A stretch of 64,000 nucleotides of DNA. It comes from Octopus sinensis. Its lineage: Eukaryota. Shown one piece after another: positions 50,461-63,075 of the stretch. The position numbers and the translations under genes are program-made. The notes beneath the pieces are model-generated. The model made no database searches and had not been told where the DNA came from. It saw nothing but the letters and a program-made list of their open reading frames with translations. The stretch is from positions 25,730,001 to 25,794,000 of the forward strand of contig NC_042997.1 of the NCBI RefSeq assembly GCF_006345805.1, read 5' to 3'. How positions within the stretch are numbered: position 1 is the first letter of the stretch; every line of letters starts with the position of its first letter.

Positions 50461-51899
50461 TCTCGCATACATTTAAATGCATGTACAAGAATCGACATTA
50501 AGATTATACGTCAGTAGATTTTGTCATGCATGTTTACTATATACCCACTGACACCCATATCTCCGAAGTGATCTGACACGCACACTTTATTCAGATAGTA
50601 AAAACAAAAATCACATACTAGAGTGCACCCACTGTGACTGAATTCTAAGTAATTGTAAATATGTTTTGAGTAATTGTAAATTATTCTCACCTGGCTCTCT
50701 TTTCCAAATGAACATGGGGTATTTGGAATACACTGATTTCGTTACCTTTTTCCTGACATGTTAGCTACATAGCTGCCTTTCCGCTATGTAGATAGTAAAA
50801 AGTCTAGGAATATAATTCGCTAGTGGATTTGTTTCTGCAAGTTAGTACATTTAGTATGGTTTACTAGTAAATAACTATAGAAGTATATAGATAATTTACA
50901 CATATTTACCCAAGCAGTTTAAATATAACTCTCAGTTTAAACAGCAGATCTACCACTGAGGAACAGATAGGAAATCTCAGTTGAAATTCTACTTTATTCC
51001 GTCTTTTTTTATTATTTGTGTTACAACTTTGTTAAATGTCATTAACCTTCTGTTTTACGAGCTGTAGCCGAGTATACACACACTAAAAAAAAAAAATTTA
51101 ATTTGTAAAAGCAACATTCGCTAGTATCACTCATTTACTAATCATTACATTTGCTAATAGTGTGTTAATTAACTAAATTATCTAGAGTGAGTCAGATGTA
51201 ACTGTTTTCATTTAGAGTAGTTTTAAAACAGGCCATGTACGTATTTAAACAAGATAGCGGACTGTATGAAGGACCGGAGAACAGTTCGACCACTTGTTCC
51301 GTTACGTTTTAGTCAACTCTTCTAAACTGCCTACACTTTGAGCACTTTGGGGAAATATTGTTACTTGTAATTAGTTACCGAAAATGTTACAAATAATATT
51401 TTCCAATCTCATTCATTTGCACAACACTAATTTTGGTAGGGCATGTTAATCAACTAATGTACAAAGTTAGTATGAGAAACTAATAAGTAGTTATACTTGC
51501 TTTCATTTAATAAACATGTAACTTTTCTGTACGTATAGACCCTGTTGTTAAACAACTGTGGTCTTTCTACGGAATGGACCGAACTACAGGTCAACCAGTG
51601 TATATTCATTTAGCTTTTGCTAATTTATTAGATTGCGTCTGCACATTTTGTTCTCCTGGGAGCAATCATAATAAAGTTACCCATCACAAATACTATGAGT
51701 AATATCTAGTGATTAGTTTCTGTTGCAGATCTTTAGGTTTGCTAGCAACTAAAAATCAGAAGCAGCATTTGTGCGAATAGATTGTAAATAATTTTACATG
51801 CATACGTTTAGTAAACAAACATTAGCTTCGCTGTATAACTAGACAATATGGTGACACAACACACTACTCCCTCTCTCTTCCTCTACCAACCAATCCCCT

Positions 51900-51985
<86 letters not shown>
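51900..51985. repeat. (TC)n-(AT)n microsatellite
   Basis: Direct inspection. Confidence 0.95.
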
Positions 51986-51988
<3 letters not shown>

Positions 51989-52569
51989 GCAGTACATCGG
52001 AAATATATCTTAACCAGACTAGGTACGTCTATCTTTTGTGCATCTGCCACTTGTCAAGATTGCCAAAATTTTCTCATTATAAGAATAAAGCGACACATAC
52101 TTATGACATATTGTATGGTTATAAAGCGACTAGTTCATATGAAGATATCCTTATGTACATTTATACAGCAATGTGTTATCGAAAGTATTGTGTTAGTGTT
52201 ATAGTGGATAAGTCGTAAACAAGATTTTATGCGTATTTAGCGTAGAAATGAGTGCACGCAGCAAATGAGTTTTATAGTAAATGTATTGCACATTTACCTA
52301 TGCAATCAATATTCTTGTGTTGAAGAAAAGGAAGTCGACACTCTGATAAAAACGGTAAAAACGGGAGAATTCTACGCTAGCTTATATATTATGTGGTACA
52401 TTCTGTGAAGATAGCCCTTAGTTTAACACGAAGTTTTATATGTACAGTTAATAAATATTTAAAATCTGTAAATTCCACCATCTATATATGTATGCATGTA
52501 TGTACTTGCACACACGCACATATACACACATCTATCTGTCAATCTATCTATCTTTCTATCTCGGCCACG

Positions 52570-53760
52570 AGATGCATTTCAAACCACCACACTGCAAATC
52601 TCTGCCCACCCTTGATTTCATGGTGAGTGTGTTTGTCAAATTAGTTAATGTAGGTGAGTGGATTTCGTCTTCAATAGGAGTACTGAACTCTCCAAAATAT
52701 AACACCTGAGATGGCCTGTTGTGTAACACGATAGAAGAGGCTAGCAAAGCCTAATTTACGTTCTGTAACAATGGTAGAAATAAGTGAAATGTGTTCTTGT
52801 TTCCTTGTTGATCTCCTGCTCTGAAGGGCGTTCTTCACATGTTTCAGCTCCGTAGAAAAGAACGTTCTCTACATATCATCTAAAAAAGCTGGCTTTGATG
52901 ACTTCAAATTGCTAAATATTTTGAATCTTGTTATAGACATTCAAGACTCAACTCTGATATCAGGAAGTCTTCTTTACCGTCACAAATATGGAACACAACA
53001 TATTTCAAGTTAATGCCCTAAATAAATTGTGTGCCATCATGGAAACAAACTAGTAAGTGTTTTCGTCCTCACTTGATGGTCATATAGTCGTGGCTTTTAC
53101 TTTAAGAAACATACCAACTCTATCTGTGGTACACTCAAGAGGTGTTAATACGTATTCCGCAGCATACAGTATAGTCACGTTTGAAGAGATTCAAGTTTCT
53201 TTGATATCTTGTTGCTTTTGTTTGGAGGAGAAGCTTTTGTCCGGGATGGTATTATATTTTGTTTAACAATGTCCATTTGTGCTTTATATAAAGTTTATTG
53301 AGTATGGATTTGTCAATCCAATCTAAGGTGCCATATTTCAATAGGATATATACAATCGTCCTTCTGCTGATTTTTGTAGGTTTAGGACACCATCTGTGGT
53401 ACTTATGATCTATCTTTTTGGAGCCATTTTGGTTCCATCCAAGGATGAGATCAATATGAGAAAAATTCCATTAAGGAGCATAGGATTCTAGACATTTCAA
53501 TTTCAAGTGAGTGAGGGTGCGATTCCCCTGATGTTAATTTGTCATTGGAAGTGGGACAATGAAAAGCTTCGGAAACGCTGTTGGTTTTCTTTTGTTTAAA
53601 TCTCTCGTTATACGTACTCGAGAAATTTGTGAATGATTCGATTTTTGCAGATAATGGATAGGATGTGATCATGGTCTGTATATATAAAACCTGTTGATAT
53701 TCTAGAAATAATCTCTTTGTCTGCCTGAGTGTTTTTTTATGTCTATCTATATACCTACAT
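52570..53760 (-). mobile_element. Decayed RTE-clade LINE fragment (end of APE endonuclease to start of RT)
   Basis: Minus-strand pieces such as DH.I...AKI...SLRV and LGEF..EI....K....GLD fit the RTE ORF layout. Many stops. Confidence 0.45.
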
Positions 53761-54761
53761 ATTCCTGTAGAATATACTGTAGTTCAGATTGACATGGCGC
53801 TTACCGTGACTTTTGCTGGCTTGCCAGTAGTGTCTTCTCTATTCCGCATTACAGAGGAATACATGTCTTAGAAGTACGCCCACTTGCAATGTTTGCTTTA
53901 TTAAAACATTGAGACGGTGTGTTTCTATAAATACTTAATAAATTTTGTCTATACGAGATAAATTTTACCACTACATGACTGAAGAAATTTTAATTTTCTT
54001 TAATCTGTCGTAGGCGTCAGCTAGCTAGTGGAATGTAAAGTCACTTATCAAAAAGTAAGAACATATTATGAGCAATATTCGCAGATTCTGCTTATTTTTA
54101 TATGAGTAATTTCACTGGCAGCGTATTACTTATCTAAAGCATTAAGATAGAGTCTTTGTGATGATAAATTTTAAATAAGTTTACAAGCAGACATATAATA
54201 AACGAAAATTTTCATTTTACTTGAGGCCTGTGCAAAACAGACCGGGGAACACACGACTAGACTAGTGTTTTTCCTTGTTATTTTTTAGTTTTGCTTTTGT
54301 TTTTCCTTTTATTTTTTCCGGCTTCTAAAAGAGTGTCAATTATCAATTAATTTCCGTTCTACAAAGATATAAATGAGGAAATGAGGTTAAGCTATTATCA
54401 TATATGATATTAGTAACAAATCATTCACTGCGAATACCAATATATTCAATGGTAACAAGTTAATTAATTAAAGTACAGTGACAGTAAGTATATAATTAGA
54501 TTGTAAGTTTACAGAAGAAAGTTTAATAAAAGATACACTGAATCCCAATTTTTATAAAGTTCTTCCGTTGTACAACAGGTATCAAGCTGCAGAAAGAAAC
54601 GTCGAACAGATCAACTAGGATAACTTAATTTTTTCGTTTATGCCACCTTGTCAATATATTCTACGCCACATTAGTGATAAAATGAGACTCTTTTTACATA
54701 CATAACAAAGGCTTTATTAATATTCCACCTCAGTATAATATGAAATCAGAACCTAAAGATG

Positions 54762-55043
54762 GACTAAATGCCGCTAAGCATTTTGTCCGACGTGCTAACG
54801 ATTCTGCCAGCTCGCCGCCTTAAAGGTGCTAGTAATATTAATTTCAAATTTTGGCACAAGTTCAGCACCTTCCGGGAAAGGGATAAGTCGATTACATTGA
54901 TCTCATTACTCATATGGTACTTATTTTATCGACCTCCAGAGGATGAAAGGTAAAGTCGACCTCGGCAGAATTTGAACTTTAAAACTGTGACAGACGAAAT
55001 ACCGCTAAGCATTTTACCCGGCGCGATAATGATTCAGCCTTAA
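54762..55043 (-). mobile_element. Two SINE family A fragments (head 54762-54821; monomer 54850-55043)
   Basis: Reverse complement of the family A head and core. Confidence 0.8.
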
Positions 55044-55060
55044 CGGTATTAATAATATTT

Positions 55061-55283
55061 AAGGCGGCGAGCTGGCAGAAACGTTAGCACGCCGGGCGAA
55101 ATGCGTAGCCGTATTTCGTCTGTCGTTACGTTGTGAGTTCAAATTCCGCCGAGGTCGACTTTGCTTTTCATCCTTTCGGGGTCGATAAATTAAGTACCAT
55201 TTACGCACTGGGGTCGATGTAATCGACTCAATACCTATGTCTGTCCCCTCTATGTTTAGCCCCTTGTGGGTAATAAAGAAATA
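55061..55283 (+). mobile_element. SINE family A monomer with perfect 15-bp TSD
   Basis: ggtattaataatatt at 55045-55059 and 55284-55298. Confidence 0.92.
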
Positions 55284-55789
55284 GGTATTAATAATATTAA
55301 CAACTAAATACACCAGATCACTTCCACATACTGTATTACAAATAGGACCGAAAGTCTAAACTATAAATACGTACAGCTTAACTTTAAAAATCCCAAGTTT
55401 TATTCCAATTGGATCCTCATTGAAATGTAACATTAAAATCTGAAGTGGATACATTTTTACCTAAACTGGAAGAATTGTACACGTTGTCTCTTTGGTTAAC
55501 ATACAACCGTCTATTGCGAATTTCTCTCTAAAAACATCTCTTCTACCTATAATTTTATATAAAAGATTATTATCTTTTCTTTGTAGGACTGCATTTCATT
55601 AACGCTGTACAATCCTTATTAAACCCCAAGATCGATAACTAGCATTTGTTAAAAAATATAAAGAAATTCTTCGTCTGGGCAAAAAATCCTTTATCTTTTT
55701 CAATAATTCTTCATCAATAATCTAGACTCTGCTCACAACTACAGACATACCTAAAGTGTTATCCAGTTGAATATTTGGGTCTACTTTGT

Positions 55790-57040
55790 TCCAAATATAC
55801 GACAAAATAGATCACAAGGTGATGCATCACACATAACATGAACTGGGTATCGATGGAAGATTAAGAGAGTGGCAGCATCACTTTTTAAAAGATAGAAGCT
55901 AGACTCCCACAGTCAATAGTGCTCCTTCTGAGTAGACACCAACTCTAAGCGGAATATTTTAGGGAACTGTACTGAGACCACTGCTGATTGTTGTGGCTCT
56001 CTTAGTCATGCTTCAGACATACAGTCAGCCACTCTCACCAGTTACACTGTGATACAAAAGTGTCATACGCAGGCAAGGACTCTGATGAAAACTCAAGACT
56101 ACAGAAATGACGGAAACCTCTAAAATGTAGCAGATCATAGCTGATATGTTTCAAGTACTCCGCTATCCGCCTACACATTTATTGCAATCAAAATACACAG
56201 GATCAGTGGATATTGCAATCCCAGAGACAGAGTTGGTGTGCAATCAGGGATTTCACATGAGTAATGATACAACATGTAGTGTACATATTACTAAGAGTTT
56301 AAAATATGTAGACGCCTGACCAGGTGGATTCTGAGATCATTCAGAAAGCAAAAAGGGAACGATGTTATTCTTATGAAGATTGCTCACTCTGAATCCATGG
56401 ATCATTCCTAATAATTATGGTCACCACAAAGTGTCAGAATACATTGCAATCCAACGCCACGGCACCGATACGATCACCTTGGTGCAACTGATGAGCTTCT
56501 AGGAGAGGTTAAAGAAGCTGAAGCTCTCCTCCTTAGAGAGAAGACATACGTACACACATACAAACGCATACAAACATGCACACACATAAACACAAACACA
56601 CACATACATATATGTATGCATATGTGCATGTATGATTGTATGTTTGTATATATGTATGTATAAAGAAGATTATGGAAGCCAATCGTCGGACTTACGGCAA
56701 TGTGCTTTACTTAAATATTCTATCCTCTCTTTCCCCTGTAAGAACCCAAAATCGTTACAGCTTCGACGGCCTGCAAATTTTTCGGTGCCTTGTCAAAAGG
56801 CTTGAAAGATTTCAACGATGTAGATATGGATGTTTCAAAGGAACGATTAGAGAAATACTTAGCCGAGGCACCACGTTATCTCCACGCTCATCACAAGCAG
56901 AAATGTATAGAAAGGGTGCTGTCAGACTCACTTGTTCACCAAGACCGATTCTAAAGACAGAGCTTGGAGATGTTTTTGAAACTAGCAAGCATTAATGCTG
57001 AGCCCCACCATGACCTCATCCTCTGACTAAAACGGTCAAC
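55790..57040 (+). mobile_element. Decayed CR1-clade LINE RT and 3' end, interrupted by a microsatellite
   Basis: DKIDH...GIDGRLREW..FLKDR...VN.......SG..GTVL.PLL (SGVPQGTVL-type motif); RLKKLKLSSLERR at ~56505-56550. Confidence 0.65.
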
Positions 57041-57158
57041 AGTATAATAGAATATGCGTATATGTACATGTATGTGCATGTGTTTAGGTATATGTGTGCA
57101 TGAGTGTATATATATATATAAAATCCGTCATATATATATATATAGTCCGTCATATATT

Positions 57159-57216
<58 letters not shown>

Positions 57217-57218
<2 letters not shown>

Positions 57219-57377
57219 CGGACTTCTTTCAGTTTCCACCTACAAATCCACTCACAAAGTTTTGGTCGGCCTGAGGCTACAGTAGAAAACACTTGCCCAC
57301 GGTTCCACGCAGTGGGAAAGAACCTGGAACCATGTGGTTGGTAAGCAAGCTACTTACCACACAACCACTCCTGCGCC
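57217..57377 (-). mobile_element. SINE family C, 5' half
   Basis: Reverse complement of the head and core. Confidence 0.85.
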
Positions 57378-57409
57378 TATGCATGTATAAATATTATATA
57401 TATATATAT

Positions 57410-57469
<60 letters not shown>

Positions 57470-57826
57470 CACATGATTGTGGTCATCATTATCAGTCTCA
57501 ATTTAAGACAGGAAATTAAATGACGAGTCTGTTGTTCTTTTCCTGTATCAAGATGGTGTTTATAAAATCTAAAATGATTTATATTAAAATCTAAGCAGTC
57601 AATTTAGAAGTGGAACTACACATACACTCAAACGCAATCAGATGCTCACTCACACACACACGCGCACATACACACGCGCACATACACACGCGTGCTTGCA
57701 TATACACACACGCATATGCACACATACTTATATGTATGTATTGTTTCACTTAAGCAATTAACGCTGACAATTCTTATATATCTCCCATTGACCGTTGATT
57801 GCAGATAAGTCGTGGAATATATGCAG

Positions 57827-57890
<64 letters not shown>

Positions 57891-58844
57891 ACATGATATT
57901 TGCCACATAATCTGTAAGTAAAGTAGCTCCTTGAATTTCTGTGTAACAACACGAAGGTATATCTTTCTTAAGTTCCATAATCTATTTTGCTAGTGACACA
58001 TACATGCTGTGTACGTCCTCATCTTCCTTTTCAGCCTTATAGCACAGAATGGTAATACTGAGCTATTTAAAATATTTACTTCATCTTCTTAAATTTCTTC
58101 TGAAATTTAAGAAATTTTATAACGTTCGGAAAATGTAGATTGAAAATGCTACATTTTTACTGGATTCAGCGTTACCAGAATAATATTAAGGTGTGCCAGA
58201 TTTGTCACAACATTCATAGATGCGAGATGCACAATTTCAGGTACAGAGTATAATCGGTAGTGAAACTCAGGCAAACGCCAACGTGCTGAAAAAAAACTAG
58301 ATTCCTAAAATGTGGGACCATATGTGAGAGAAAGATTTCATGAAGAGAAGAATGGAAGTGCATTGTGACTAGCGAAGTATAGGGACATCGGATGTATAAA
58401 AAGATAAAAAGAGGGAAATTTCGACGCTTGTTCCATTCATACACAGTTAATTTCGTTTCTATTACACTAGTTATTAAGACAACGTTTAAAGATACGAAAA
58501 TGCCGCAAAAATTAAAAAATCTAAAAATAAAACAAGTAATATCAATGTTGTTTTAATTAAATCTAGATTTAATTAAACTTAATTACTTTTTTTACTGTTT
58601 TAATAAATAGACTAGTAGCGTACGCTGCGTTGGTTATTTTCACTATAATTAAAAGTTTTACATTAATTCCTTTAAATTAAGGCTAAGTCTAAACTTCCTC
58701 TTACTGCCTCCCGCATAATATTAAGAAGGATGTCTTCGAAACTATCAGCTCATTTCCTTGTACATCTTCTCCATCTTCTTCCCATGCATTCTTTTATTCT
58801 TTATCCTCTCACTCGTTGTTGTCATCCCTGCCCTCTTTTCATTC

Positions 58845-58868
58845 ATCATCGGCACCATCATCATCACT

Positions 58869-58916
<48 letters not shown>

Positions 58917-58937
58917 TCATCATCATCATCGTCATCG

Positions 58938-58988
<51 letters not shown>

Positions 58989-58993
58989 CCATC

Positions 58994-59074
<81 letters not shown>

Positions 59075-59081
59075 GTCATCG

Positions 59082-59132
<51 letters not shown>

Positions 59133-59137
59133 CCATC

Positions 59138-59197
<60 letters not shown>

Positions 59198-59224
59198 GCC
59201 ATCATCATCATCATCGCCATCATC

Positions 59225-59277
<53 letters not shown>

Positions 59278-59278
59278 A
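58845..59278. repeat. (CAT)n array with an exact 144-bp higher-order duplication
   Basis: The variant triplet pattern gtcatcgtc / cacc / cgcc recurs at +144 nt (58931 to 59075, 58987 to 59131, 58999 to 59143). Confidence 0.92.
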
Positions 59279-59698
59279 GTTAATGTTAAACTAATCCCCC
59301 CTCACCCCGTAATATATTTTAAAACTCTTAAACAAGTTTTATGCTCTGCGTTTTGTCGCAGTCACTTTAAATACAAACTAAACTGATCGGGATAATATAA
59401 AAGGCATTGCAAGAAAATTATGCAGGTTTTTTTCCATCTTTCCCCACCCCAACATAAACATGGTCCTCAAAATCACTATACCTTTAACCACCATCACCAC
59501 AACCACAACCACCACCACACCACCATCACTACAATCATCAAAAAAATTCTCATCTTCGTCGCCATCAACGTCGTCGTCGTCGTCATCGTCATCATCATCA
59601 ACTTTTTTCTATATCTATTTCCATTTTCTACTTGTGTTGCAACAACACTACCAAAATACAGTTGTATATGTATGTATATATATATGCATACATACATG

Positions 59699-60940
59699 CT
59701 GGAAGTAAATAGACACATTTAATTTTCAAAATCTTTTATTTAGTACACAAAGCAAACGATTGAAATGTACTCAATAGGTAGGACTACATACTTTAGTATT
59801 TATTTGACATTCCCTTTGCAGTGTTTAATTCAGAAACTCTATTTGGCATTGAGCTAATGAGTTTTGCGATTGTCTCTTGTGGAATTTCTGCCTACTTTTC
59901 ACGCAATAATCGAAACAATTCATCTTTAGATTTAGTTTTCTGTCGAGTTTTTCGTATAGCTCTATCTAGTATGCGCCAAAGATTTTCAATTGGGTTCATG
60001 TCAGAAGATTGGCTCAGCCAAGTAAGCTTTGTGATCCCATTTTGTGTCAACCATTGTTGATTCCTTTTCGCAGTGTAGCAGGGAGCAGTATCTTCCATGA
60101 ATAAAATCTCATTTTTCATTATCTTATTGTGTGAATACATCGGAAGTATCCCTTGCTTAAGTATTTCGATGTATTTTTCAGAGTTTATGGTTCCAACACA
60201 TTCGATCAGCTCAGAACGTCCATTGCTGATGACACTCCCCATACTATTATAGAGATACCGCCATCTTTCACAGTTGGTTGGAGTCATTTCAAATCGAATT
60301 CTTGATTTGGAAGCCCTCAGACCCAAAAGCGTCTTCTGTCTGAAAATTGCAAATCTGGATTCATCTGAGAAAATCTCAAAATAAACTGGATTTTTCTGAC
60401 ATCTCCTTAGCACATTTCTTTCTTTTCATGATATTAATTGGTTGAGGGAGAGGTTTTCTTCTAGCTGCTCGTCCATAATACCCAAGCTTATTCAGATATG
60501 TAACACACGTTCTTGAACTAACTTCTAGCTGTTTTGAAATGTCAGAAGCCTTCGAATGGGGTTCGTTTTCCACAATTCTCTTCAAACACAGAATCTTCTT
60601 TTCCGAGAGCCCAAATCAGCCAGAACGAGAATCTGTTGATTCTCCTTCTTGGCTTTTGAATTGCACTATAATTCTGTTAACAGTAGCAAGTAGAATTTGA
60701 AGATTTTCGGCAAGTTTTCGCTGGCTAAGGGCAGCCTCAGATTGCCCAACAATACGACCTCTTTGAAATTCTGACAATTCTGGTGACTTTTTTGTACATG
60801 GCATGAATACTCTTTGTAAATGTTTAATATAATGGCACCTGGAATGAAAAAGAATAATTACATTGTAAATTCTACGCGCTGCAAACATATTAAGACGCTT
60901 GGATCAGAAATCTTGAAAAATTAAAGGTGTCTACTTCCTG
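59699..60940 (-). mobile_element. Tc1-family (DD34E) transposon, decayed
   Basis: ORF pieces [12 protein letters not shown]..., GRAARRKP, IFSDESRF, EDTAPCY, WLSQSSDMNPIENLW. End ggtgtctacttcctg|TA at 60940, degenerate partner ctggaagt..agacac at 59699. Confidence 0.88.
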
Positions 60941-60959
60941 TATATATATATATATATAT

Positions 60960-61100
60960 GAAAAAACAAGTCAAGATAGAAAATGCTAAAATAATTTTAT
61001 AAAGAACATTTCAGTACCGGTTTCGGTCAATTTGAGACCTTTTCAACTGTAACGATTGAATAATTCAATTTAGAAAAATTAAAAGAAAAGATTTTTTAAA
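60960..61100 (-). mobile_element. PLE-type terminal repeat family delta with degenerate hammerhead
   Basis: Minus strand UUACAG-UUGAAAA-GGUC(UCAAAUU)GACC-GAAA-CCG-GUA-CUGAAA at 61009-61052; ends in (TA)n at 60941-60959. Confidence 0.5.
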
Positions 61101-61259
61101 AGAATATTTGTATAGTGTTCAAATATAAGTGGCATTTTCCTTCTTTCTGCCTTTCTCTGTCTCTCTTCTTTGCACTTGTGTGTTCGAGGTCGTTGTGAAT
61201 TCTTGGTAGGGTAGAAGAAGAAGAAGAAGGTTGATGAGGACAGGGGATGGAAAAATTAC

Positions 61260-61301
<42 letters not shown>

Positions 61302-61334
61302 CTGCTGCATTTGTTGAGTATATAAACAGTTTGG

Positions 61335-61610
61335 CCGCTTGTTCCTCTGGATATGGTCGGAATTATGCGAGTTCGAATCTCAGACCGGGCGATGTGTGTG
61401 TTTATGAGCGAAACACCTCCACGCGGCTCCAGCAGAAGGTAATGGCTAACTTCTGATGACTCTTTCGCCACAACTTTCTCTCACTCTTTCCTCTTGCATC
61501 ATGCAGCTCACATGCGACGGACCGGCGTCCCGTCCACGTGGGGAACCTATACGCCAAGGAAACCGGGAAACCGGCTCTTATGAGCCAGGCATGACTCGAG
61601 AAGGAACAAA
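61335..61610 (+). mobile_element. Family-B-related SINE with V-domain-like 3' module
   Basis: Body gtgtttatgagcgaaacacc..ccacaactttctctcactct, then tgcgacggaccggcgtcccgtcca (61513-61536). Confidence 0.65.
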
Positions 61611-62149
61611 CCATATATATATTCATCCATTATAAGACGGTAGAGCTAGCAACATTGCGCGTGGTTTCTTCTTTTGAATGTAAAGAGTGGTTTAATTCTG
61701 CTTGGAGAAAAATTCTAAAAAGCACAAAAGCAGTCATTATTGTTTTCGTTGATGGAAGCAGATTATTCTCATTATGCAATTAATAATCCCCGAAAAGACA
61801 TAATTTTCAAAAATTAAACAAGTATTAAATTAATTGATTCATAATTATGAATGAATTTATTGATTCGTGCATGCTATATATAAAACCTGACTGGAAAGTA
61901 CCTGACAGATTCCGTGCTTTTGATTTTTAAATAGATAGGAGCTATCATAATAATCTGAAATTTTCTGGTGATCTCTTATCCAATCAAAAATTAGTAACAT
62001 TACCCACAGTGCAGAACATGCTAAAATGGTTTTCTGACAAAGACAAATGAAATTTCACTCTTCTTCACAGACTACCATGTACGTAACTGCAGCATGAGTT
62101 TCTTAGGACAACGCTCATATATATATAATTATCTATCCTTTTTCGTGTC

Positions 62150-62370
62150 AGGCATCAAACAGTGGCCATGCTGAAACACCACCTTGTAGAATTTTAACCG
62201 AAATACTCGCTCTCGACTACTTATTTTTTAAAGCCTGGTACTTTTTTAAAGCCTGGTATTTTTTAAAGCCTGGTACCATCGTACCTTTTGCCGAAACACT
62301 AAGTTATGGTGCGGTAAATACACCAGCACCTGTTGTCAAGCAATGGTGGAGGACAATTACAGAGACAAAG
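62150..62370 (-). mobile_element. Diverged SINE family C 3' half with a 17-bp triplication
   Basis: Reverse complement resembles the family C tail. tttttaaagcctggta occurs three times at ~62225-62278. Confidence 0.6.
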
Positions 62371-62846
62371 AATACAATCTGTATTCAAATCGAAATAAAC
62401 CAAACAAAGACTAATGAACGGAGTACAGTTTGACAAGTTACCTGACGAGGCAGAACTGCACTGAATGATGCACCATAACTATTTGTACAGTATCTCACCG
62501 GCGATGGGCCGATGCACGATGGGTTGAAAAGATCATAGTGATTAATAGAGAATCACGTGAATTCCATTTTCTTTCTTTTTCTCACAAATTTTATAAGCAC
62601 TACGGACACGGAAGAATTCCTGAAGCAAATACAGTAGCAATTATATCCATACTGTTCATGTCATCAGTTAGCCGAATTCAGTGAACGGGCTTTAGACGGC
62701 ATAATACAAGGTATATGCACAAATTTCAAATCATTACTTATGCATGTATATGTATGTATGTATGCACGCATGCAGGTATAAATATATGTGTTATAAATAT
62801 GTGTGTGTGTGTGTGTGTTTGTGCGTGCGTGTCTGTGTGTGTATGT

Positions 62847-63075
62847 GGAGGCGCAATGGCCCAGTGGTTAGGGCAGCAGACTCGCAGTCGGAGGATCGCG
62901 GTTTCGATTCCCAGACCGGGCTCCGGCAGGGGGGGGGGGGGGCGACGCCTGTTGTACACTTTCGCCCCAATTTTCTCTCACTCTCTCTTCTTGTTTCTTG
63001 AGTAACGCTGCGATGGACTGGCGTCCCGTCCAGCTGGGGAAAACACATACGCCATGGAAACCGAGAAACCGGGCC
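62847..63075 (+). mobile_element. SINE with family B head and V-domain-like 3' module
   Basis: Intact family B tRNA head, then ctgcgatggactggcgtcccgtccag (63008-63033). Confidence 0.8.

Noticed and set aside
62440-62475. ctgacgaggcagaactgcactgaat, hammerhead-like
   Set aside because: It has GAAU instead of GAAA, a poor stem II register, and no stem III or stem I.
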